Assembly: GCA_049997875.1 (NCBI GenBank) | Contig: JBEKRC010000001.1 | Location: 14,775-78,774, forward strand | Direction of reading: 5' to 3' | DNA length: 64,000 nucleotides | DNA from: Minisyncoccia bacterium | Lineage (GTDB): Bacteria > Patescibacteriota > Minisyncoccia > UBA6257 > 2-01-FULL-56-20 | In this document: piece by piece, positions 45,794-54,546 of the stretch | How the letters are laid out: the number at the start of each line of letters is the position of its first letter | Numbering within the stretch: position 1 is the stretch's first letter | Notes under the pieces: model-generated | What the model was told of the DNA's origin: nothing | What the model saw: only the letters and a program-made list of their open reading frames with translations | Databases searched by the model: none | Translations under genes and position numbers: made by a program

Positions 45794-45923
45794 GTTTTGA
45801 CCCCGGCGGCGCAACGGTATATAATGAAAACAATAGCAAAATGCCCTTATGGAGAGGGCGTTTTGCTTGAAAAGGGCGTGCGTTGCGCCCCGCGTAACGA
45901 GACCACGGCATATTACGTTCCCT

Positions 45924-46460
45924 ATGTTAGACAGCGAGCCAAAACTGATCAAGGAAGCTGTCGCCGGGAAATCCTCGGCGTTCGGCCCTCTTTACGATCA
46001 TTATCAACCGATGATCTATCGGTTCGTGCTCGTGAAGGTCGGCCGGCGTGAGGACGCCGAGGATATCACCCATCAGGTCTTCCTCTCGGCATGGCAGAAC
46101 ATCAGGAGCTACAAGCACCGCGGGTATCCTTTCTCAAGCTGGCTCTATCAGATCGCGCGGAATCAGATCGTTGATCACTACCGCGCAAAGAAAAACGAGA
46201 CGAGTCTTGAGAAAATGGATCCCGAACGCTTCGCCATTCCCGCCACGGCGCAGTTTGACCTTTCTACGAAGCTTGAGGCGGAGAGAGTGCTCGCGGTTCT
46301 CGCCACGCTTAAGCCGGAATACCAGGACGTCATCATCCTCCGATTTATTGAGGAACTCCCCATCAAGGAAACCGCCGGGGCGATGGAGAAGACCGAAGGG
46401 GCGGTAAAACTCATGCAACATCGGGCGATCAAAGAGCTGCAACGGATACTCACCGCATAA
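45924..46460 (+). CDS. ECF-type RNA polymerase sigma factor (sigma-70 regions 2 and 4)
   Basis: YRFVLVKVGRREDAEDITHQVFLSAW (region 2) and DVIILRFIEELPIKETAGAM (region 4 HTH). The ATG at 45924 is preferred over 45849. Confidence 0.85.
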   Translation: MLDSEPKLIKEAVAGKSSAFGPLYDHYQPMIYRFVLVKVGRREDAEDITHQVFLSAWQNIRSYKHRGYPFSSWLYQIARNQIVDHYRAKKNETSLEKMDPERFAIPATAQFDLSTKLEAERVLAVLATLKPEYQDVIILRFIEELPIKETAGAMEKTEGAVKLMQHRAIKELQRILTA

Positions 46461-46467
46461 TGAAACC

Positions 46468-46941
46468 ATGACCCTTTTTGAAATTCTCAAACAATTTAAA
46501 AATATAGAACCGGATGCCGCGTTCAAGGAAACTTCCAAGCGGGCGATTTTGGCTATGGAGCCGAAGGCGGCCGGATGGAGCGCGCAGCGGACTTTTTGGA
46601 AAATCATTGAAACCGGGGTGGCAGTGGCGCTTACTGGATTTTTCATATTGCTCATCACGGGCGCGTTCCCCGGATCAGAATTCTCCCCCGCCCGATATTC
46701 GGCCATTGACCCCCAGAGTCTCCGTGCGGAAGCGCAGGCGATTGATATCCAAATTCAGCTCGCCAATTTGAGCTACCGTTCGCCGGCGGCGGTTTCCACG
46801 GCGGCGGTCGCGGGAACAAAGCCCGGCAGCGCCATAACGGCGCCCACGGGCACGCTTCCCGCAGCGAATGGCACGGAGGCCACCTCAAGCGCCACTTCAA
46901 GCGTGAGCATTGATGATGCGCTCCGCAGCCTCTCTAAATAA
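46468..46941 (+). CDS. putative anti-sigma factor (single-pass membrane protein)
   Basis: It lies immediately downstream of the ECF sigma gene. It has a roughly 50-aa cytoplasmic N-domain, a TM segment and an Ala/Ser/Thr-rich extracytoplasmic tail. Confidence 0.45.
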   Translation: MTLFEILKQFKNIEPDAAFKETSKRAILAMEPKAAGWSAQRTFWKIIETGVAVALTGFFILLITGAFPGSEFSPARYSAIDPQSLRAEAQAIDIQIQLANLSYRSPAAVSTAAVAGTKPGSAITAPTGTLPAANGTEATSSATSSVSIDDALRSLSK

Positions 46942-46948
46942 CATCGGC

Positions 46949-47731
46949 GTGAAAACCTTATCCGTCAAAACCATCGTGTTTTTGATCACGCTCCCAGTCG
47001 CCCTGGGAATTTTCCTTCTTGTGTCGCGGACGGCGCGCGCTGACGCAAGCGCTCGCGCATCCTGCGTCATCATGCCCGCCGACCTTGATGCCGTAACGGC
47101 AGCCGAAGCGCAGGGGCTTCTGGCCGAACTTGCGGCCCGGAAAGCGCTCCTCGCGAAAACAATCACGTGCGCCAAGGCCGACGTGCAAACGCTTGAGGAC
47201 GACCTGACGAGCGTCTCGTCAACGAGCGACGACGCAAAAACACTCCAGTCGCAACTTTTGGGAAGGCTCGGCGATGCGATGAACTATTACGACATTGAAC
47301 TTGTGAAAGTGAACGGTGCGGGCGTCGCGGGAACGCAGGCAGTCGCAAAAGAAGTGCTCGCGTGGCGGGCTTCCCATTACGATCCTCTCGCCGGGCAGGT
47401 GGCGAATTTCATACTTTGGTCAAAGAACCAGGATCTTTGGAGCGCCGCGGAGAGCCGGCTTCAGGGAATAGGAAACCTTATTTCGCTCCTCACGCAGGCG
47501 GCGCCGAACAATGACCTCCAAAGCGATTTTGCGAACGCCCAAGTGCTCGTCCAAACCGCGAGCGATGAAAACCAGGCGGCGAGAGATTCCCTCCTCCGTT
47601 CGCTGCCCCCCGACCAGTCGCTCTCAATCATCCAGCGATCGCTCCAATCGCTTTCCGGCGCCTACCAAAAGTTTTTTGACATCAGCACGATTGCGCAGAC
47701 GCTCCTGCCCACTGAAAAGACGGGCCAGTAG
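46949..47731 (+). CDS. secreted hypothetical protein
   Basis: A GTG start 8 nt after the upstream stop gives a signal peptide (VKTLSVKTIVFLITLPVALGIFLLVSRTARADA). The ORF track's ATG at 46910 would overlap the upstream gene. Confidence 0.45.
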   Translation: MKTLSVKTIVFLITLPVALGIFLLVSRTARADASARASCVIMPADLDAVTAAEAQGLLAELAARKALLAKTITCAKADVQTLEDDLTSVSSTSDDAKTLQSQLLGRLGDAMNYYDIELVKVNGAGVAGTQAVAKEVLAWRASHYDPLAGQVANFILWSKNQDLWSAAESRLQGIGNLISLLTQAAPNNDLQSDFANAQVLVQTASDENQAARDSLLRSLPPDQSLSIIQRSLQSLSGAYQKFFDISTIAQTLLPTEKTGQ

Positions 47732-48333
47732 ATATCCTCCGCACCCGCCTTGAGGTCACAATTTACAACCTCATTTTTTTCGCCCGCTTGAAAACCAAAT
47801 GGTTCTTTGCCTGAATCGGTTTCTGGTAGCGGCTTCATAAGCTCTCTGATCGCCTCAAAAACGGCGTGGAACCTTTTATCATATCTCCTTTCCATATCTT
47901 CAACCTTTCGCGCAAGTTCCTTGTGCGCGGCGAGGAGAGTATGAAGGCGAACAAACGCCCTCACCACAAGGATGCTTGCCTCAACCGCCACGCGACTTTG
48001 CAAAACGCTCGCCAACATTACTGCGCCATGCTCGGTGAAAACATAAGGTGAATAACGAACGTTCCTTTTTGATGCGGTCGCAATTTGCGACCGCATCAAT
48101 TTTGGCAAATTTTCCGCCTCTTCTCCGGTCAACTGGAACATAAAATCCTCGGGAAAGCGACTCTTGTTCCGCTTCACTTGCTCATTGAGCCGCTTTGTGC
48201 CCACTTGATATATCGCAGCGAGATCCGCATCCAGCATGACGCGGCATCCCCGTACCATCAGTATTTTACTTTCTATGTTGCCCGTTCCGATGCCTCCCTT
48301 TTGAGTAATCGCCGCTGCAACTTGTTTCTTCAT
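47662..48333 (-). CDS. ORF6N (KilA-N-related) domain DNA-binding protein, paralog 2
   Basis: ILMVRGCRVMLDADLAAIYQV...KRNKSRFPEDFMFQ...FTEHG. The 3' end overlaps the secreted-protein gene convergently. Confidence 0.7.
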   Translation of the reverse strand: MKKQVAAAITQKGGIGTGNIESKILMVRGCRVMLDADLAAIYQVGTKRLNEQVKRNKSRFPEDFMFQLTGEEAENLPKLMRSQIATASKRNVRYSPYVFTEHGAVMLASVLQSRVAVEASILVVRAFVRLHTLLAAHKELARKVEDMERRYDKRFHAVFEAIRELMKPLPETDSGKEPFGFQAGEKNEVVNCDLKAGAEDIYWPVFSVGRSVCAIVLMSKNFW

Positions 48334-48453
48334 GCCACAATTATACGCACCGGACATTAAATCATTCTAAATTTGGTTCGTGCGCAGAAACGCGAAGGGC
48401 CCCGCGCGTGCAGGGGCCCTTCCGGCTAAACAGAACAAAGGATCCTTTGTTCG

Positions 48454-48729
48454 CTACAATACCGCTTCTTTGAGAAGCTTGCCGGCCCGGAACTTCGGCT
48501 TCGTGGAGGCCTTGATCTGGATCTTCTCGCCCGTCTTCGGATTCCGGCCCTCGCGCGCGGCGCGCTTCGCAACGCGGAATGTCCCGAAGCCCGTGACCGC
48601 CACTTCCTCGCCGTGGCTCATGGTCTTCACAATCGTGTCAAACACGGCATCCACCGCCCGCTCCGCCGCCGCTTTCGTCTCAATCTCCGCGGCTTTCATC
48701 ACCTCCTCAACCAATCCTTTTTTGTTCAT
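48454..48729 (-). CDS. hup: DNA-binding protein HU
   Basis: The 91-aa product has the GFGTFRV...R.GRNPKTGE HU/IHF arm. Confidence 0.85.
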   Translation of the reverse strand: MNKKGLVEEVMKAAEIETKAAAERAVDAVFDTIVKTMSHGEEVAVTGFGTFRVAKRAAREGRNPKTGEKIQIKASTKPKFRAGKLLKEAVL

Positions 48730-48806
48730 TGATGATGGTTACTGTTTCCGACCTTTATTTGGTTCCCCATAAGTATAGCAAATACAAGGGGGAATGGCGA
48801 CAACGC

Positions 48807-48832
48807 AAAAGGCCCCCTTGCGGGGGCCTTTT
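48807..48832 (-). terminator. rho-independent terminator (aaaaggccccc-ttgc-gggggcctttt) after the giant surface-protein gene
   Basis: A 7-bp GC stem flanked by A4/T4 runs. It lies about 45 nt beyond the stop at 48875 in minus sense. Confidence 0.6.
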
Positions 48833-48874
48833 GGCATTCCCGTCCGTCACAAGCGGAGAGGTCAGATCAAACAA

Positions 48875-51800
48875 CTACGAGTTCTGTTGGAACTGGACGT
48901 TGAAGACCTGGAGCGGAGTGGTGATTGCCGGCGTCAGAGTGACACCAGTCACAGTCGTGCTGTTGGAATTCGTGCCATCCGTGTACTGGATAGACGTTGC
49001 AGCACTGACCGTACCGGCCAGACTGACGGAGTTGTTGCTTCCCGCCACTACCGTGTTGTCCTGGTCGTCAGCATACAACTGGAAGGTAACCGGGCTGCCA
49101 TTGACCTGGAAGCCGTTGATGCCGACACCGAAACTCCACGTTATCGTGCAGCTCTGGCTGGCACAACTCGTTGTCGCGGGCGTGTACTTCGTCCCGTTCA
49201 GGTAGAGGTACGTGCTCGTCGCAAACGCGGTCGCAACGGCGCTCGTCGCCGAGATCGCCGATCCCGAGAGGGTGATCGTCGTCGTATTGACGGCGACTGA
49301 CCCGCTGTTAATCGGCGTAAATGTTACCGTCGCAAGCTGGTCAGACGTGCTCTTCGGACGGCTGCTAACGCTGCCGTTAACCGCGCCCGAGAAGCTCAAG
49401 ACGTTCTGCAAGACCGTTTGCTGCGTGCCCGCCGCGCTGGAGAGCGTGACGCCCGTAGAAATGTTGGACGTATTGCCCAACGCAACGACCGTAGCAATCG
49501 CAGTCGCTTGAGCCGTCGAAGTCGCGACTTCAAACGTGTGGATTGCGCCATCCGTAACATTTCCCGCTGAGTACGAATTCACGCCGCCCTTAAGGGTAAG
49601 CGCGAGCGTACCATTCTGCGGGATGACGAACGGACTGGGAGTGCCGCCAAACGAGAAGTGGTAGAGGAAGGCATTCTGGCCACTAACCACAGTTGCGCCG
49701 ACATACGTAGCCGCGTTGCCGACCTGTGTTGAACCGTTCCACAGGGTCAGGGTACCGAACGACGGCAAGACGTTCGCCGTGTTCGTCGCCACGCCCAAGG
49801 TAGACGTCGTCAAGGCATCAGCCACATATAAGTCGGTCACTCTCACAGGCTCAATGTTCTTCGTTTCCTGGAAGTTGAACGCTGCGAGTGTGTTGTTGTT
49901 CGTACCCATCGAAAGCTGGCTAACCGAAGGATTGTATCCTTGGTTAGTCGAAACCGTGATGGAAGTCCCGCTGGTTGCAACTGTCAAGGACTGCCCCCTC
50001 GTAATACCGCTGCACGAAAGAGCGCTGTATGAAACAACACTCGTCCCGGAACAGCCGGTAAGAGAAGAGGCGGGAGACTGGCTAGATGCTCCAGAAAGGA
50101 TATCGGCATAGACATCCACGTTCGTTGTCTGTCCTGCGGCAATCGTGAATGGCGAGCCGGAGAACGTATATGTTCCCGCGTCAGCCACAACGCCCTGCGT
50201 CGTGCCGAACTGCGTGCCGCCAATCATGACCTTCATGTTCTGGATGTCGCCAGAGCCAGTGCTGCTCGGTGCCGGCTTGAGGCTTATCGTATTGATCTGC
50301 ACGCCGCTCGCGGACGAAGCCGTGAACGAGTAGGAGCCGATGTGAACGCCAGTGCTGTTTGGCGTAACGGTCTGATTGCCGTAGGCAGAGTTCGCGGCAA
50401 TCGAGAGCAAGCTGGACTGCAGCGAGAGCGCGCTGCCCGATGCGCCGGACGAAGAACCCGGCTGGCTTGAGGTCAAGCCCTGCAGGTTGCTGGCGGTCTC
50501 GGCCAAGAGGGAAGCCGCTATCGTGAGGAAGCTTGCCGTGGACTGGATGTCGGCCTTCAAGGACAACACCCGGGTTGTGTTCGCCGGAATGATGTAGTTG
50601 ATCGGCGAATTGTTCGTGCCGAAGCAGTCAACGTAGTTACCGCTGGTTGCCTTAAAGGTACCGTCCGTGGCGCTGTTTATGATGGTATTCGTACCAGTGT
50701 CACAAGTGTTGCCCGACGGAGGCGTGTTGATGGTGGTACCCACCTGACCGCCTGCATCGTCAACGAGCGATATGTTCTTGAGCATGTTGCTCAACGCAAG
50801 CACGCCGGAACTCGTCGTCACGCTAGTGAGCGCGATCTGGAAGCCGAGGAATTTCACCTTGACCGGCTCGCCAGCCGCGTAGATGTCAAACTTCGCGAGC
50901 ACGACGCCGGACTGGCCGACCGCAATGTTGCCGGTCGGGGTCGCGGAGTCCTGCGAGACCGTGATCTGGCCCTGCTGGATGCCTACCTGCGTGCCCGCAC
51001 CACCCACCACCGATACCGAGATCGGGACGTTGTACTGCGAGTCAACCGCGTAGACGTCGTAGGAGTTCAAGATCTCGAACGCGAAGTTCTTTGAAGGAGA
51101 ACCCATGACATCCGCAAACACCTGGACGTTGTTGCTCCCGGTGTTTATGCTCGCCGGAGAGGACGAGAGGTCAAAGTAGGCCACCCCGTTCGCGCCGACG
51201 GTCGCCAAGGCGGAACCCACCTGCGCGCCGTTCACATTAAGCTTCACGTTCCGGATGTCGGCGTTGTTTGCCGAACCGATGACCGTGAACTTGATGCCTT
51301 TGAGGTACGTCAGGCTGTTCTGGCCCGTGAATGTCCAGGCGCCGACGATGTTATTCTGCGTACCCGCCGTAACCTGCGTCGCGATGGACGAAGACGCCGT
51401 CGTCAACGACGCAAGGGACGGGTTGCTGACCGTCGTTACTGTGAAGATGCTGCCGGTGAGCGGGAACGCGCCGGACGGCGTGATCGCGTTGTTGGACGCG
51501 TCAACCGCCGTGATGTCCGAGGCCGCGCTTACCGCAAATCCCACCGTGTTGCCGGAGGCAAGATTCGTTGAGGGGTCAATCGCCACCCAGAGGGTCTGCG
51601 TCTGGCCGGCTGAGACCGAAAGGGCCAAGCCGGAGAAGTCAATGACGCCTTTGTTAAGCGACGTGTACTGGTAGAGCACCTGGCCGTTCTGGACCAAGTA
51701 CGCGCCAGCGATAGAGCTGTCCGAAAGGACGCCCGTCTTGTGGACTTTAACGTCCGTTACCGTCACCGCGCCCGAGTTGGACGCCGTAAGGTTAATGGCC

Positions 51801-52429
51801 AAGACCGGAACGCGCGCCGCTGCCGCCGATTGGGAAGAGACGAGCGAACCAGCCGCCGGATTGGACGAACTAAGAGAAACCGCGAGGCCGGTCGCCGGCG
51901 GAGTCACCGTCGTCGTCGTGGTACCCGAAGCACACGACTGACCAGTCGTCGGGCTGTAACCGGACGACGAAGTGCAACCAGCTGGATAGCTAGTCGTCGT
52001 GGTAGTCGTGCCAACGGTCATAGAATTCACGAATGCTCTGGTTATAGGACCAAAGTATCCGGCTGCAGGAGAAATACCGTTCGCCGCCTGGAACTTTCCG
52101 AGGGCTGCCTGGGTTAGAGAACCAAAGTAGCCTGTCGGAGCCGAGACCGCGGTAAGGTATCCCTTGTTAATCAGGAGCTGCTGGAGCGCGGTCACGTCAG
52201 CACCCCTTGAACCAACGGTGAGGTCGCTGGTGAAGGAGTACGAAGATCCCGTGCCCTGCGTGCTTCCCAATTGTGCCTGCAACTGTTGGATCTGCGCGAG
52301 CAAAGCCGTGATCTGAGCCTGAAGGCCAGATGCGGTCTGTGCGTTCGCGAGAGGAAGGGCGGCAATCCCCAGCGCCCACACCACTGTGGTCGCCGTGAGT
52401 GCCACCGAAATCAATTTTTTACTATTCAT
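48875..52429 (-). CDS. large secreted surface protein with two peptidoglycan-binding (PG_binding_1-like) domains and long Ser/Thr-rich beta-repeat regions
   Basis: The 1184-aa product has a signal peptide, a Gln-rich coiled coil, two LQQLLINKGYL...GYFG...AALGKFQAANGI repeats, then low-complexity T/S/G/A/V repeats. Confidence 0.7.
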   Translation of the reverse strand: MNSKKLISVALTATTVVWALGIAALPLANAQTASGLQAQITALLAQIQQLQAQLGSTQGTGSSYSFTSDLTVGSRGADVTALQQLLINKGYLTAVSAPTGYFGSLTQAALGKFQAANGISPAAGYFGPITRAFVNSMTVGTTTTTTSYPAGCTSSSGYSPTTGQSCASGTTTTTVTPPATGLAVSLSSSNPAAGSLVSSQSAAAARVPVLAINLTASNSGAVTVTDVKVHKTGVLSDSSIAGAYLVQNGQVLYQYTSLNKGVIDFSGLALSVSAGQTQTLWVAIDPSTNLASGNTVGFAVSAASDITAVDASNNAITPSGAFPLTGSIFTVTTVSNPSLASLTTASSSIATQVTAGTQNNIVGAWTFTGQNSLTYLKGIKFTVIGSANNADIRNVKLNVNGAQVGSALATVGANGVAYFDLSSSPASINTGSNNVQVFADVMGSPSKNFAFEILNSYDVYAVDSQYNVPISVSVVGGAGTQVGIQQGQITVSQDSATPTGNIAVGQSGVVLAKFDIYAAGEPVKVKFLGFQIALTSVTTSSGVLALSNMLKNISLVDDAGGQVGTTINTPPSGNTCDTGTNTIINSATDGTFKATSGNYVDCFGTNNSPINYIIPANTTRVLSLKADIQSTASFLTIAASLLAETASNLQGLTSSQPGSSSGASGSALSLQSSLLSIAANSAYGNQTVTPNSTGVHIGSYSFTASSASGVQINTISLKPAPSSTGSGDIQNMKVMIGGTQFGTTQGVVADAGTYTFSGSPFTIAAGQTTNVDVYADILSGASSQSPASSLTGCSGTSVVSYSALSCSGITRGQSLTVATSGTSITVSTNQGYNPSVSQLSMGTNNNTLAAFNFQETKNIEPVRVTDLYVADALTTSTLGVATNTANVLPSFGTLTLWNGSTQVGNAATYVGATVVSGQNAFLYHFSFGGTPSPFVIPQNGTLALTLKGGVNSYSAGNVTDGAIHTFEVATSTAQATAIATVVALGNTSNISTGVTLSSAAGTQQTVLQNVLSFSGAVNGSVSSRPKSTSDQLATVTFTPINSGSVAVNTTTITLSGSAISATSAVATAFATSTYLYLNGTKYTPATTSCASQSCTITWSFGVGINGFQVNGSPVTFQLYADDQDNTVVAGSNNSVSLAGTVSAATSIQYTDGTNSNSTTVTGVTLTPAITTPLQVFNVQFQQNS

Positions 52430-52589
52430 TGAGTAATTTGTTTTTCGACTGTTTATCTGATATCGGCCATTTGGCCGTCGACCTTTCTGTTGTTTTGCTT
52501 ATGTCTGGACCGTTTTCCCCACCCTTGTCCGCGATCGCTGTGAGGTTGCGACAGCGGGAAGAATGAAGAAAACGGGGTCGTAGCTATAA

Positions 52590-52616
52590 AAATGAAAAAA
52601 CTCGCTTTTAGCGAGG
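52590..52616 (-). terminator. rho-independent terminator for the 52734-53384 gene (cucgc-uaaaa-gcgag followed by U6 in minus sense)
   Basis: The plus strand reads aaaaaactcgcttttagcgaggccgg. Confidence 0.55.
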
Positions 52617-52625
52617 CCGGTTGTT

Positions 52626-52704
52626 CTAGTAAACCTAGTTTCTAGGAAACCTAATTTCCAGCGCACCAGAAACTAAGTTTCCTGGGGTTCCCAGTTACTA
52701 GGGG
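52626..52704. promoter_or_regulatory. cluster of short palindromes/direct repeats (cctagTTTctagg, ggaaaCCTAAtttcc, gaaacTAAgtttc, ctgggGTTCcccag) upstream of the giant surface-protein gene
   Basis: The GAAAC/GTTTC and CTAG half-sites repeat three or four times within 80 nt between a regulator-like gene and the surface-protein 5'UTR. Confidence 0.4.
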
Positions 52705-52733
52705 TCCAGCCTCACACTGAACCGTTACTCATA

Positions 52734-53384
52734 TTATAACGCGTCTACAGGGGAAAGGTTACCACTTTCTTGCCGAATCCGGTACAACATGGCAGGCCCT
52801 CCGCCCCCGACCCTTTCTATGCGATTTTGCTCAAGAAGGGATTGGAGGTCGTATCGGATCGTTCTTTCGCTGCAACCCGACAAAAGTTCCTGTATATCCT
52901 TAATCCGGCAATTGCCGGATTGCCGGATTTTTTCGAGAATTGCCGATTGTCGCATCGCGGCTTTTGCATTGTTTGCCGAATTATGTGCATTTTCAGCTTC
53001 TTCGCTGTGTTGCCGCTTTGCCGGAAACAAAACATCTTGCTCGTCAAAAATATCTCCAAGCGGAACCTCGCTGATTTCTGCCGGTTTCTCCGATCCGGCA
53101 ATTGCCGCATTCAACACGCCGACCTGAAAAGCCAACGTCTCTCCGTTCGCTTTATGGATCAAGCCTACATCGCTCCCAAATCGTACGAGATGCTCAATGA
53201 CGCCAGAAATCGTCGCCATGAGGCCATAATTTCCGACCACGGCAGCATCCAAAAGGGACAGCGCTTGCCTTTCCAGAGATTCCTTGAGGGCCGCACTTGT
53301 AGATCTTGAACATACGCGGAAGATCGCGTAGCTGATTTCATATGCTTTCTTGAGCGCGAGCTTATTTTTGCCGGTTTCTTCCAT
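52734..53384 (-). CDS. putative transcriptional regulator with a C-terminal DeoR-like HTH
   Basis: AILEKIRQSGNCRIKDIQELLSGCSERTIRYDLQSLLEQNRIERVG HTH. The Met at 53384 is preferred over 53414. Confidence 0.5.
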   Translation of the reverse strand: MEETGKNKLALKKAYEISYAIFRVCSRSTSAALKESLERQALSLLDAAVVGNYGLMATISGVIEHLVRFGSDVGLIHKANGETLAFQVGVLNAAIAGSEKPAEISEVPLGDIFDEQDVLFPAKRQHSEEAENAHNSANNAKAAMRQSAILEKIRQSGNCRIKDIQELLSGCSERTIRYDLQSLLEQNRIERVGGGGPAMLYRIRQESGNLSPVDAL

Positions 53385-53456
53385 ACGGCAAAGCATAATC
53401 CGGCAATGTGGCAACCGTCAAGAGGCAACGGAGGCGAAAATACTTTAACCAAAGGC

Positions 53457-54512
53457 TCATTTTTGCGTTACATAGTTATAATAGTTATATACGAGACTAG
53501 AGATACCTTTTAGGATAGAAGTTAGTTTTGTGAGATCGTTTCCCTTGGTCATAATACAGAGCGCATAAGGGTCGTTCGGAGCGTACACGATGCCGCAGTC
53601 ATGCAATTCGATTGCTTGGATAGTAGTGCTTGAAGCGTCAACGCGCTCACCGTACTTTTGGGCCACTTCTGTCCCTTGGGGAACGCCCGCCGATATACCA
53701 TCGTGATAAGTGGATTGACTCATGAGCGAGAGGGATATTTCAGAGTACCGTTCAGATAAATAGGTGGCATTATATAGAATCCTTAAGAAATTGATGTATT
53801 GGGCCGGTGAGAGCGTATAATCCCCGGTCACGGTGTCGGGACTTCGTATGCCTAAGTCAATGTATGCCTGATCTAGTATCGTATGGTCGACATTGTCAAT
53901 GAGCAGGGTTTCCGCACCATTATCGGAATTGGCGATCATGCTTTGCATCAATTGATTAATGGGATAATAAGTCCCAACTTTCAAGTTTGTGGGAAGATCG
54001 AAGGCTAAGGAATTTACTTGTTGGTTGACCGCATTATTGTAGAGCAGGGTGCTGTTTAGAATAGGGGGGTTCAACTCGGCCTCTCTGAAATACGCCATCA
54101 TGATCAAAACTTTAAGCAGGCTTCCTGGATGATATTGAACATCTTGACTCTCTTGGGCCCATGTAGCTTGAGAAAAATTTCTAACAGCGACCGAAATGCT
54201 TTGAGCGTTTCGGCTCTGGTACTGGGTTTCCACATAGTTATGGATCGCCGTTTCTAAACCATGGTCTTCAAAAAATTGTTTTACATCTCCCAAATCATAG
54301 TAAAGCAAAGGATAAATGAAATGGTATTCTTGATTATTCTCACGGATCGGCTTTATGGTCAGGATCTCTTGCTTCATCAAATTCGTTGTGTGCATGTATG
54401 CTATCGCGTAGCCCAAACTAAAAGTGATAATAAAAAAAAGCCCCAAGGACACCACCATCTTTTTAAGGGAGAGCTTATATAACCTTCTTGCTTTCTTATC
54501 TGGGGACGGCAT
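53457..54512 (-). CDS. class A beta-lactamase / penicillin-binding-protein family serine hydrolase (lower-GC gene)
   Basis: N-terminal TM anchor, SLLK (SxxK) and ANSDNGA (SDN) motifs. Markedly AT-richer than its surroundings. Confidence 0.6.
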   Translation of the reverse strand: MPSPDKKARRLYKLSLKKMVVSLGLFFIITFSLGYAIAYMHTTNLMKQEILTIKPIRENNQEYHFIYPLLYYDLGDVKQFFEDHGLETAIHNYVETQYQSRNAQSISVAVRNFSQATWAQESQDVQYHPGSLLKVLIMMAYFREAELNPPILNSTLLYNNAVNQQVNSLAFDLPTNLKVGTYYPINQLMQSMIANSDNGAETLLIDNVDHTILDQAYIDLGIRSPDTVTGDYTLSPAQYINFLRILYNATYLSERYSEISLSLMSQSTYHDGISAGVPQGTEVAQKYGERVDASSTTIQAIELHDCGIVYAPNDPYALCIMTKGNDLTKLTSILKGISSLVYNYYNYVTQK

Positions 54513-54546
54513 AGATAGATCTTTGATGCGTTTATTCTAACAAAAA

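Noticed and set aside
48394-48422. Terminator between hup and the ORF6N paralog (gaagggcccc-gcgcgtgca-ggggcccttc)
   Set aside because: A strong 10-bp GC hairpin, but no U-tract on either strand. Its role is left open (possible Rho-dependent or processing structure).
52770-53309. 179-aa plus-strand ORF opposite the HTH regulator-like gene
   Set aside because: The minus-strand frame carries a convincing DeoR-like HTH and its own terminator. The plus-strand frame lacks motifs; it is kept only as a caveat in the findings.
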